A stretch of DNA of 63,767 nucleotides, the filler included, from an uncultured Synergistales bacterium (GTDB lineage Bacteria > Synergistota > Synergistia > Synergistales > Aminobacteriaceae), in NCBI GenBank assembly GCA_937897575.1. It is 5 parts of 5 records of this genome, joined end to end, with 100 filler letters (N's around TTAATTAATTAA, not from the genome) between each part and the next. Parts side by side here need not be neighbours in the genome. Positions count along the whole stretch, not along the records: positions 30,560 to 55,589 come from CALCQG010000060.1; 4 more parts are not named here. One strand, 5' to 3'. Below the pieces are notes generated by a model. It worked only from the letters and a program-made list of their open reading frames with translations, made no database searches and was not told where the DNA came from. The position numbers and the translations under genes were made by a program. Positions 39,841 to 49,100 of this stretch are shown here, piece after piece. Numbering within the stretch: the stretch's first letter is position 1; every line of letters starts with the position of its first letter.

Positions 39841-40153
39841 TGAGTCCCTCCGCGTCATACAGCAGGGCCTCGTAGTCCTTCGGGTCGACGGCCGACAGTT
39901 TGCTCGCCCCGTACTTGTGGAGCAGCTCGCGCACCTGATCCGTGTATCCGGCGCGGGACTTGTCTGCAAGCACGGCGCGGACATCGGCCAGCGACAGCTT
40001 CGGTTTCTCCTGCTGGTCGGCAGCGGTCTCTGCGTTCTGCCGCTTATCGTCTCCGGCGGACTGCCGGGCGAGCCGGTCGGCTGCCGCATTAATGGCAGCG
40101 GCCGCCTCCCTGAGCTCTTTGATGGTCTGATCCATCTCGGACGCTGTTGGCAT
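39830..40153 (-). CDS. Phage hypothetical protein
   Basis: LADVRAVLADKSRAG...LL.KYGASKLS motif typical upstream of DUF2800. Confidence 0.8.
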   Translation of the reverse strand: MPTASEMDQTIKELREAAAAINAAADRLARQSAGDDKRQNAETAADQQEKPKLSLADVRAVLADKSRAGYTDQVRELLHKYGASKLSAVDPKDYEALLYDAEGLNEF

Positions 40154-40310
40154 TTGTTTTTCCTCCTTCCTCGGATTTGCTGTTGGCGGCAAGGATCGCC
40201 AGGTTCCTTGCCAGTCTTGCGGAGACGCGGCTGATGGCGTGCAGGAGTCGGATCTCCTCGTTCGCCGTGTCCGCCGGTGCGCCCCCGCTGTCCGTGTAGC
40301 TGCGGTACAT
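40089..40310 (-). CDS. Small hypothetical protein
   Basis: RBS GAGGTG; EEIRLLHAISRVSARLARNL helix; first gene after motif copy 3. Confidence 0.6.
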   Translation of the reverse strand: MYRSYTDSGGAPADTANEEIRLLHAISRVSARLARNLAILAANSKSEEGGKTNANSVRDGSDHQRAQGGGRCH

Positions 40311-40354
40311 GTTGTTCACCTCGCTTTCCGGGCTCTTGTCTTGCCCTTCACCTT

Positions 40355-40383
40355 CCACTGGAGAAGGGCCCGCGGTTTGAGCG
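40355..40383 (-). promoter_or_regulatory. Element-specific bipartite motif, copy 3
   Basis: CGCTCAAA-N14-CCAGTGG at the head of the replication operon. Confidence 0.65.
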
Positions 40384-40392
40384 GAGGAAAGG

Positions 40393-40430
40393 AAAAAACT
40401 GCCACTGTCCTGAAATCGGGACAGCGGCAG
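40393..40430 (-). terminator. Rho-independent terminator after the sigma-like gene
   Basis: Minus strand CTGCCGCTGTCCCGA..TCAGGACAGTGGCAG then T6. Confidence 0.8.
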
Positions 40431-40443
40431 ATGGATAATGGGA

Positions 40444-40944
40444 TCAGGAGTTGCGGTAAGGCCGGAACTCGTCGCGGAGCCTCTTCATGCGATCCGAGAA
40501 GGTCTTCTGCGGCCGACCGATGGCTTCGGCGATCTTCCGGTCGGAAAGATTCGGGTTCTCGCTCCAAAGCTCGAGGATCTTGTCCGCGTCAGGATCAAGC
40601 TCATGCAGACGAGCAGTGAGCCGTTCCAGAAGGTCCCGGTCGGATATGATCTCTTCGGGAGTCGGGTTTTCGTCCGGCACATAATCGCCGCGCGTCCCCT
40701 CGCCGTCGGGCAACGGGTCATCGAGGGAGACCTCGTTGCGCGTGTGGAACTCGCAGTCAACGCAGTTGCCGTCGCACAGCCACCACTTGCCGCGCGGGCA
40801 GAAGCAACGCCCCGAGTACTGCTCGCGCTTGCGCAGATTCGTGCGCCACCTGTCGAATTCCCGGTACTGGTCCTCCGGCACCTCATACCAGGTGCGGGTG
40901 GTCTTGTCATAGATCCGTTGACTCTGATTGCCGTTGTTTTTCAT
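40444..40944 (-). CDS. Sigma-70-like factor / activator with Cys cluster
   Basis: CFCP..KWWLCDGNCVDC, SLDDP linker, region-4-like HTH LSDRKIAEAIGRPQKTFSDR. Confidence 0.75.
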   Translation of the reverse strand: MKNNGNQSQRIYDKTTRTWYEVPEDQYREFDRWRTNLRKREQYSGRCFCPRGKWWLCDGNCVDCEFHTRNEVSLDDPLPDGEGTRGDYVPDENPTPEEIISDRDLLERLTARLHELDPDADKILELWSENPNLSDRKIAEAIGRPQKTFSDRMKRLRDEFRPYRNS

Positions 40945-40950
40945 GTGCGA

Positions 40951-41130
40951 TACCTCCGTTCGCTTCTCCCGAACCGGAGGCACCGCGTAAAAAAGGAGCG
41001 TGGCCAGCCATCCAGAACGGGAAATCTGTTCTGAAAGGCCAGCCACGCTCGTAAGCTGGTTGTTGTTCAGTTATTGCCGCCAGGGCGGTTCGAGCCACCT
41101 CTGTGCACCGGGGTGAACGGCCATGACGGC
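40951..41130 (-). ncRNA. Structured leader RNA (multi-stem element, terminator, RBS-sequestering hairpin)
   Basis: Stems 41076-41130, 40996-41050 (+T6) and 40951-40982; mismatches resolve as G-U pairs only on the minus strand. Confidence 0.6.
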
Positions 41131-41164
41131 GGGCGGTTTATTGACATGCCCGGGTCGCAGAGAA

Positions 41165-41356
41165 TCAGTCGTCGTTGATCATCAGCTCGAGGTCACTGAA
41201 GACCTCCTCGTAACATGCAGGGCTGAGGTCATCGAAGCAGGTGGCGTCATACCTTGCGAACACCGCCTTGGCCACGGCCGCCCCATAGATGGAGCAGACC
41301 TCGTCCGCGCTGCTCTCGATGTTGATGTGCCACATTTCCTTGTCGTCGCGGGTCAT
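41165..41356 (-). CDS. Small acidic hypothetical protein
   Basis: RBS GGAGGTGAGG; 63 aa; first gene of the leftward arm. Confidence 0.65.
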   Translation of the reverse strand: MTRDDKEMWHINIESSADEVCSIYGAAVAKAVFARYDATCFDDLSPACYEEVFSDLELMINDD

Positions 41357-41429
41357 TTCCTCACCTCCGTCGTTCTTTGCCTGTTTTTGTCGATTAGTTC
41401 CTATTGACGTCTCAGTGACGCGCATATCG

Positions 41430-41458
41430 TTGATTTACTCACGCAAAACCCGTATAAT
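41430..41458 (+). promoter_or_regulatory. Sigma70 promoter for the regulator/defence operon
   Basis: TTGATT-17 nt-TATAAT. Confidence 0.7.
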
Positions 41459-41529
41459 GTGGTCAGGAGTCTGTTTTTCGTTGTCTTCGGGGCCCTTCCG
41501 ATCAACTGCTCACATTGTCGGGGAGGCAT

Positions 41530-41602
41530 CAGGTACCGGGAAACAGGAGAAAAGACGCAAATCAGGTACCGCAGGTACAAAATCAGGTACCAGCCAGGTA
41601 CC
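41530..41602 (+). repeat. Five direct copies of CAGGTAC
   Basis: Copies at 41530, 41563, 41572, 41584 and 41595; four extend to GGTACC. Confidence 0.85.
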
Positions 41603-41617
41603 GGGGAGGTGAGCACC

Positions 41618-42466
41618 ATCAGAAGCAACGAGTTTCTCAACAAGCTGTACGGGTATCTGCCTAATCAGAGGAACCAGGGAACCTACGCCATACTGTTCTT
41701 CAACGCTGCAGGGAGCCACCATTTCGAGATGCCCGCTTCGTATGTTGAGCGGACGAATAAGGCACTGGAGGCCGAAAGGCGGTATGTCAAGGATCGGCCG
41801 TTGACCAATGAGATAAAGAACAGCTTTCCGAATCCGATTGATGCTGGTGGGCTCGCCGCGTTCATCAGCGGGAGACTCGAGGACAGCATGCTCGCGGCAT
41901 GCATGGCCGATTTCGGGATTCCCTCCGGAGTCGAGCAGGATAAGGACAAGTTCTGCAGAGCGCTTGCCGTACAGTTCAGCCTGTTTGTGACATCACAGAA
42001 TGATGACGTGGACAATGCCGTCTGGGAGATATATCAGACACTTCTCGAGGGGCAGCCGATTTCCGCTGATGACATCAGCGGCCCAAGATACGCAGGTGAT
42101 GACGTCTATGTCGAATTCGGAAGCAAGCAGCATATGGCGGACTGCTATGAGATCGTTCACCACGAGTGGAAGCTGCAGAACAGCGGCAGGGTTCCATGGC
42201 ATAACCGCAAGCTGGTGCTGGTGAACCAGCAGGACATACACCCGCGGCCCATTGAGGCGAAGATTTCGGTCCCAGATACAGGTCCGGGAGGATTTACAAA
42301 AATAGCCACGGACATAGATGCCCGCGGCTTCGAAGGTGACTTTGAATGCAAGTGGGAGATGCAGGACGCCAATGGCGAGAACTGCTTCCCGAACAAAAGG
42401 TGGGATTTCAACATAAGAATCCATGTGGCGTTCAACGCGATGGCAGGAGGAGACGAACGTGGATAA
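41618..42466 (+). CDS. Protein with C-terminal NBR1-like Ig (FW) domain; start uncertain (ATC 41618 or GTG 41609)
   Basis: H.WKLQNSG.VPW..RKL...VPDT.PG...EG.FECKWEM.D..G..CFP. Confidence 0.75.
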   Translation: MRSNEFLNKLYGYLPNQRNQGTYAILFFNAAGSHHFEMPASYVERTNKALEAERRYVKDRPLTNEIKNSFPNPIDAGGLAAFISGRLEDSMLAACMADFGIPSGVEQDKDKFCRALAVQFSLFVTSQNDDVDNAVWEIYQTLLEGQPISADDISGPRYAGDDVYVEFGSKQHMADCYEIVHHEWKLQNSGRVPWHNRKLVLVNQQDIHPRPIEAKISVPDTGPGGFTKIATDIDARGFEGDFECKWEMQDANGENCFPNKRWDFNIRIHVAFNAMAGGDERG

Positions 42467-42665
42467 GAACGTAGAGAAATGGTCGACGATGAAGGACGTG
42501 CAGGAATACCTCGGCGTGGGACGCGAGAGCATCATGCAGTGGATCAGCAAACGGAACATGCCCGCGTATAAGGTCGGGCGATTATGGAAATTCAAGCTCA
42601 GCGAAGTCGATGACTGGATTCGTTCCGGCGGCGCGGCAGAAAGCAATGAGGAGAAGGACAGCTGA
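42459..42665 (+). CDS. Excisionase-like helix-turn-helix (HTH_17) protein
   Basis: MKDVQEYLGV.RESI..WI....MPAYKVGRLWKFK.SEVDDW; RBS AGGAGG, GTG start. Confidence 0.88.
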   Translation: MDKNVEKWSTMKDVQEYLGVGRESIMQWISKRNMPAYKVGRLWKFKLSEVDDWIRSGGAAESNEEKDS

Positions 42666-42756
42666 TTGGCCACAGTGTTGGTAATCCAGTCGGTAATACA
42701 CGATAGATAGAAAAGGAATGCCGCCGCTGATAATCGACGGCGCGGAGGAAAAAGCA

Positions 42757-44763
42757 ATGGACAATCAGGAATACAATTCGATAGTCAGCTTCATTTGGGG
42801 AATCGCTGACGATTGCCTTCGGGATGTTTATGTAAGAGGAAAATATCGTGACGTCATCCTTCCGATGACAGTCATTCGCCGGCTCGACGTAATGCTCGAG
42901 GAGACAAAACCGGCCGTGCTGGAAATGAAGAAACAACTGGATGCAGCGAAGATCGACAACCAGTGGCCAGCCCTCTGCAACGTAGCGGGACAGGCATTCT
43001 GCAACGCGTCCCCGTTTCTGCTGAAGGATCTCACCAGCCGTGGAAAGAAGCAGACACTGGAAGCCGACTTCAAGGCGTACCTCGACGGATTCTCGCCGAA
43101 CGTCCAGGAGATCCTCGACAAGTTCAAGTTCCGCGACCAGATCAGGACAATGGTGGACGCAGACATCCTCGGGTCGGTCATCGACAAGTTCACCTCTGCG
43201 GACATCAACCTCAGTCCCAACCCTGTCTACAAAGACGCAGAGAAGAAAATCATCAAGCTGCCGGGACTCGACAACCACGGAATGGGAACGATCTTCGAGG
43301 AACTCATCCGCAGATTCAACGAAGAGAACAACGAGGAGGCCGGTGAGCACTGGACCCCACGTGATGTTGTCGAGCTCATGGCGGACCTGGCGTTCTACCC
43401 CGTCGAGGATCAGATCAAGGATGCTACGTACTCCTGCTATGACGGAGCTTGCGGCACAGGCGGAATGCTCACCGTGGCACAGTCACGGCTCATGACACTT
43501 GCTGCCCGTCGAGGAAAGAATGTCTCAATCCATCTGTTCGGACAGGAAATCAACCCGGAGACGTATGCCATCTGCAAGGCAGATATGCTTTTGAAGGGCG
43601 ATGGCGAGGAAGCCGAGCACATTTTTTACGGATCGACACTGTCGCTGGACGGCAACCCATCGCGCCAGTTCGACTTCATGCTCTCCAATCCGCCCTACGG
43701 GAAAAGCTGGAAAACGGATGCCGACAAACTGGGCGGCAAGAGTGAGATCCTCGACACCAGATTCAACGCATACCTTGCAGACGGCGAAGAGCTCAAGATG
43801 ATCCCGCGCATGAGCGACGGGCAGCTCCTCTTCCTTCTGAACAACGTGTCAAAGATGAAAACCGACACGGAACTCGGCAGCAGGATTATAGAAGTACATA
43901 ACGGATCATCCTTGTTCACCGGTGACGCCGGAAGCGGCGAGAGCAATGCCCGCCGATACCTGATTGAGCGTGACCTTGTAGAGGCAATCATCGCCCTGCC
44001 CGACAACATGTTCTACAACACCGGCATCGGCACGTACATTTGGGTTCTTTCCAACAAGAAAGAGGATCGCCGCAAAGGCAAGACCCAGCTCATCGACGCG
44101 ACGAACATGAAGTCTCCGCTGCGCAAGAACATGGGCAACAAGAATTGCGAGTTCACGCCGGAGATCCGTAAGGAAATAGTCCGCATCTTCCTCGACATGG
44201 AGGAAAGCGACGTCAGCATGATCTTTGACAACAGCGAGTTCGGATACTGGAACGTGACCGTCGAGAGGCCGTTGCGTCTTCGTGTATTCCCCGAAAGACC
44301 GATCCCAGATGATGCATTCAAGAAACAGGCCGAACTCGATACCGTGCGTGACGCAGTGGCGAATGTTCCTGCCGGAACACCGCTTGATGACTGGGACGCC
44401 TTCGCCAAGGCAACGAAACTCAAAAAGACGCAGCTCAAGAAGATCCGGCCATACATCACCGAGACCGACCCCGATGCAAAAGAAGTCGAAGGAGAATCCG
44501 ATCCGAATCTGCGCGACACGGAGAACATCCCGTTCAACTACGACGGCGGCATCGATGCCTTCATCGAGAAGGAAGTAAAGCCATACGCACCCGATGCTTA
44601 TGTCGACGAGAGCAAGACAAAGATCGGATACGAGATCAGCTTCACAAAGTACTTCTATAAGCCGGTGGAACTCCGTGACATGAGAGACATTCTCGCATCG
44701 CTTGCCGAACTTGAGAAGGAGTCTGACGGCGTGATGGATGAGATCGTGGAGGGGCTGGAGTAA
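42757..44763 (+). CDS. hsdM: Type I restriction-modification methyltransferase subunit
   Basis: GEHWTPRDVV, YDGACGTGG, GQEIN, SNPPYG (amino-MTase motif IV), FYNTGI.TYIW. Confidence 0.95.
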   Translation: MDNQEYNSIVSFIWGIADDCLRDVYVRGKYRDVILPMTVIRRLDVMLEETKPAVLEMKKQLDAAKIDNQWPALCNVAGQAFCNASPFLLKDLTSRGKKQTLEADFKAYLDGFSPNVQEILDKFKFRDQIRTMVDADILGSVIDKFTSADINLSPNPVYKDAEKKIIKLPGLDNHGMGTIFEELIRRFNEENNEEAGEHWTPRDVVELMADLAFYPVEDQIKDATYSCYDGACGTGGMLTVAQSRLMTLAARRGKNVSIHLFGQEINPETYAICKADMLLKGDGEEAEHIFYGSTLSLDGNPSRQFDFMLSNPPYGKSWKTDADKLGGKSEILDTRFNAYLADGEELKMIPRMSDGQLLFLLNNVSKMKTDTELGSRIIEVHNGSSLFTGDAGSGESNARRYLIERDLVEAIIALPDNMFYNTGIGTYIWVLSNKKEDRRKGKTQLIDATNMKSPLRKNMGNKNCEFTPEIRKEIVRIFLDMEESDVSMIFDNSEFGYWNVTVERPLRLRVFPERPIPDDAFKKQAELDTVRDAVANVPAGTPLDDWDAFAKATKLKKTQLKKIRPYITETDPDAKEVEGESDPNLRDTENIPFNYDGGIDAFIEKEVKPYAPDAYVDESKTKIGYEISFTKYFYKPVELRDMRDILASLAELEKESDGVMDEIVEGLE

Positions 44764-46121
44764 TGATTAAGTACGAAAACTATAGTCGTTGCCCTCAAAT
44801 CTTTAATGAGGTATTACCTTCGCATTGGACAATAACTCCGATGTATGGTCTAGCGAAGGAAAAGAAAATATCTGATTGCGCAGACTTAGAACTGCTATCG
44901 GTTTATTTGGATCTCGGGGTTATTCCTTTTTCTCAAAAAGCCGAGAAAAGAACTAATGTTACAAGCACGGATTTATCGAAATATCAACGTGTTGATCCAG
45001 GTGACTTTGTTCTCAATAATCAGCAAGCATGGAGAGGCTCTGTCGGAGTGTCTCGCTACACAGGGATTGTAAGTCCAGCATACATTGTCCTTGAAATGGA
45101 TGACCGCAATAATAGCGAGTTTATGAACTATATGTTGCGTTCACACACGATGGTTGATCAGTATGTAATCAACTCAAAAAGTGTTGGATCAATTCAGCGG
45201 AACATTCATTGGATTAGTCTGAAAAGGACGTATGTTCCCGTTCCTCCCCGTGTCGAGCAGGATCAGATTGTGCGGTTCCTTGACTGGAAGGTCTCCGAAA
45301 TCAACAAGCTGATCGGAATCCGCCGGAAGGAAATACAGGAACTAAGGAGCTTTAAAAATGCTGTCGTGAGTCAGCTCGTGACAAGAGGGATGGATAGTCA
45401 TGCAGAGATGAAATACAGCGGGGTTAACTGGCTGGGTGACATTCCAAAGAGATGGAAAGTTGTTAAACTGCGTCAGATTTTACATTCTGTAAGCGAAAAG
45501 AATCATCCCGAATTACCTCTGCTTTCAGTCGTTCGGGAGAAAGGCGTCATCATTAGAGATGTTGATGATACTGAGTCAAACCATAATTACATCCCTGATG
45601 ATTTAAGCAATTATAAGGTTGTTAGAAAAAATCAATTTGCAATGAACAAAATGAAGGCTTGGCAGGGCTCTTACGGTGTTTCTCCATATACGGGCATAGT
45701 AAGCCCGGCGTATTTCATTTTCGATATTGACTTTAAAAACCTTGAATATTTTCATTATGCAATTCGCAGCAAGGTATATGTCAATTTCTTTGCTCAGGCA
45801 TCTGATGGAATTCGAGTTGGGCAATGGGATTTACAAATGGATAAAATGAAAGAAATTCCGTTTATAGTTCCATCAGAACAGGAACAAGAAGAAATCGTCG
45901 AGACAATCAAGACACTCCAAAAAAAGTGCGAATCACGAATGGATGATTTGCACAAAGAAATAGATGTCCTTGTTGAACTCAAAAACAAAATCATTTCCGA
46001 CGTTGTCACTGGCAAAATCGATGTCCGCAATGTAACTGTACCGGAGTATGAGCATGTGGACGACATTGCCGAGGACGATTCAGAAGATGTCAAAGAAGAG
46101 ACCGATGGAGAGGAGGAGTAG
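44763..46121 (+). CDS. hsdS: Type I restriction-modification specificity subunit
   Basis: Two TRDs with conserved PP..EQ..IV..LD helices, MKYSGVNWLGDIP..W, I.DVVTGKIDVR. Confidence 0.93.
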   Translation: MIKYENYSRCPQIFNEVLPSHWTITPMYGLAKEKKISDCADLELLSVYLDLGVIPFSQKAEKRTNVTSTDLSKYQRVDPGDFVLNNQQAWRGSVGVSRYTGIVSPAYIVLEMDDRNNSEFMNYMLRSHTMVDQYVINSKSVGSIQRNIHWISLKRTYVPVPPRVEQDQIVRFLDWKVSEINKLIGIRRKEIQELRSFKNAVVSQLVTRGMDSHAEMKYSGVNWLGDIPKRWKVVKLRQILHSVSEKNHPELPLLSVVREKGVIIRDVDDTESNHNYIPDDLSNYKVVRKNQFAMNKMKAWQGSYGVSPYTGIVSPAYFIFDIDFKNLEYFHYAIRSKVYVNFFAQASDGIRVGQWDLQMDKMKEIPFIVPSEQEQEEIVETIKTLQKKCESRMDDLHKEIDVLVELKNKIISDVVTGKIDVRNVTVPEYEHVDDIAEDDSEDVKEETDGEEE

Positions 46122-46123
46122 CC

Positions 46124-49100
46124 ATGGTCTTTACAGACAGAACTGAGAAAGGCTTCGAGACCCTTATCGTGAACTGGCTTGTAGAACAGAACGGCTATGA
46201 GCAGGGCACGAATGATGACTACAGCAAGGAGTATGCGATAGACGAAATTCGTCTTTTCCGCTTCTTGAATGACACTCAGCCGAAGGAAATGGAGAAGCTG
46301 GGGGTTAATAGCAGCAACCAGAAGAAAAGGCAGTTTCTCAACCGCCTCTCCAGGGAAATTACCACGCGTGGCATCATCGATGTGCTGCGCAATGGTGTGA
46401 AAGCATACCCGGCTAACCTCATCATGTTCTATTTCACGCCAACCGAGAACAATGAGGAGTCCGGGGAGATGTTCAAGAAGAACATTTTCAGTGTGACACG
46501 GCAGCTGAGATATTCTACGGACGCGACAAAGCTCGCGCTCGACCTGTGCCTGTTCATCAACGGCTTGCCGGTCATCACAATAGAGCTCAAGAACCACTTC
46601 ACCGGACAGACAACGGCGGACGCTGTCGAACAGTATAAGGAAGACCGCAGCCCGCATGACACACTGTTCTCGTTCAAGCGCTGCATGGTGCATTTCGCTG
46701 TAGATGACCAGACCGTTATGTTCTGCACGAAGCTTGCCGGAAAGGATAGTTGGTTCCTGCCGTTCAACAAAGGCCATAACGATGGTGCGGGCAATCCTCC
46801 GAATCCGAATGGCATCATGACGGATTACCTATGGCATGACATCCTGACCAAATGGAAGCTTTCCAGAATCATCGAAAACTACGCGCAGGTCATTACTGAC
46901 GAAGATCCGGACACGCATAAGAAGACCGTGAAACAGATCTGGCCACGCTATCATCAGCTCGACTGTGTAGAGAAACTGCTCGCTGACGTGAAACAGAATG
47001 GCGTCGGCAAGAGATACCTTATCCAGCACAGCGCAGGTTCCGGAAAGTCGAACTCCATCGCATGGCTGGCGCATCAGCTGATCGGGTTGGAGCAAGATGG
47101 GCATCCGATGATCGATTCCGTTATCGTGGTGACCGACCGTAGGATCCTCGACAAGCAGATCCGCGATACCATCAGGCAGTTCATGCAGGTGAAGAACACC
47201 GTTGTATGGGCTAAGGATTCCGGGGATCTGAAAAAGGCCATCCAGGATGGCAAACGGATCATCATAACTACGGTCGAGAAGTTCCCGTACATCTCTCAGG
47301 AGATCGGCCAGGAACACATCAGCAATCATTTTGCCATCATTATTGACGAGGCGCACTCGGGCCAGAGCGGGCGAAACTCGGCGAACATGAATCTCGCGCT
47401 TTCCGGCATGGCTTCCGACAACGAAATGGATAACGAAGACAAGATCAACGCCATCGTCGAAGGCCGGAAACTCGTGAGGACCGCGAGCTATTTCGCATTC
47501 ACAGCCACGCCGAAGAACAAGACCGAGGAGGTTTTCGGTACACCGTATGAGGAAGACGGCGTCATCAAGCATAGGCCGTTCCACGTCTATACGATGAAGC
47601 AGGCGATTCAGGAAGGCTTCATCCTTGACGTGCTGAGGAACTACACGACCATCGACAGCTGGTACAAGATCGCCAAAAAAGTCGAGGATGACCCGATGTT
47701 CGATAAGAAGCGCGCCCAGAAGAAGCTGCGCTCATTCGTCGAGGGCAATCCTGACGTCATCGCCAAGAAGGCCGCCATGATGGTGGACCACTTCCACGAG
47801 CAGATCATCGCCAAGAAAAAGCTGAACGGCAAGTCGCGCGCCATGGCCGTGACTGCTAGCATCCCGCGCTGCATCGAGACCTACTATGCCATCAACAAGT
47901 GCCTTGCCGAACGGCATAGCCCCTATAAGGCAATTATCGCTTTCTCCGGCGAGTGCAAGTACAACGGGCAGGATCCGGCTCTCACCTCCGCCGAGATGAA
48001 TGGTTTCCCGGACGCTAAGATACCAAAGGAGTTCAAGAAGGATCCTTACAGGCTGCTTGTCGTTGCGGACATGTTCCAGACCGGATTCGACGAGCCGCTT
48101 CTGCAGACCATGTATGTGGACAAGCCGCTCTACGATATTGCGGCGGTACAGACATTGTCCAGATTGAACAGGGCCTGCCCGGGCAAGGATGAGGTCTACG
48201 TGCTGGACTTCGCCAACAAGACCTCGACGATCGAGGAAGCGTTCTCGAAGTTCTACCGGACGACGATTCTGTCTGGAGAGACTGACCCGAACAAGCTTTA
48301 TGACCTGATAACCATCATGGAAGAATACCAGGTCTATGACAATGATGACGTGGAGCATGTGGTCGATCTGTTCCTGGGTGGCGCTGAAAGGGACCGTCTT
48401 GATCCGATGCTTGACCCGTGCGTCGTCACTTTCAACGAGCTGGAGATGGATGACCAGATCAAGTTCAAGAGCGCGGCGAAGTCATTCGTGCGGACCTATG
48501 GCTTCCTTGGCTCAATCCTTCCTTACGGAAACGTGGAATGGGAGAAGCTGTCCATTTTCCTGAACCTGCTGATCCCGAAGCTCCCGTCACCCCGCGAGGA
48601 CGATCTGTCTGAGGGAATCCTGTCAGCTATCGACCTCGACAGCTATCGAAATGAGGCGCAGGAGGCAGTGGCTATCAAGCTTGAAGACGAGGACGCGGAG
48701 ATCGCGCCCGTCCCGGCTGGGAAAGCAGGTCATGTCGTCGAGCCGGAGATGGATCCGCTGTCGCATATCATCTCGGAATTCAATGACATGTTCGGCAACA
48801 TCCAGTGGAATGACGCAGACAATGTGCAAAAGCAGATCCTGCGGATACCGGCAATGGTGTCGCGTGATGAGAAGTACCAGAACGCCATGCGTAATTCGGA
48901 TGAGCAGGAGGCAAGAACCGAAAGCGAACGTGCCTTGCAGAAGGTCATCTTCGCCATCATGTCAGACAACATGGAGCTGTTCAAGCAATTCCAGGACAAT
49001 CCTTCATTCAAGAAGTGGCTGACCAACATGGTGTTCAACCTGACGTACAACAAGGAAGGAAAGCCGTACGAGGTTCCGGACGATGCCACGCAGGCAAGCA

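Noticed and set aside
41076..41130. tRNA gene suggested by GGTTCGAGCC
   Set aside because: No complete cloverleaf or anticodon arm; pairing favours the opposite strand, so it is treated as leader RNA
41141..41170. Perfect TTGACA on the plus strand as an antisense promoter
   Set aside because: No acceptable -10 at 16-18 nt spacing
41530..41602. CAGGTAC array as a mini-CRISPR
   Set aside because: 7-nt repeats with 2-26-nt gaps do not fit CRISPR geometry
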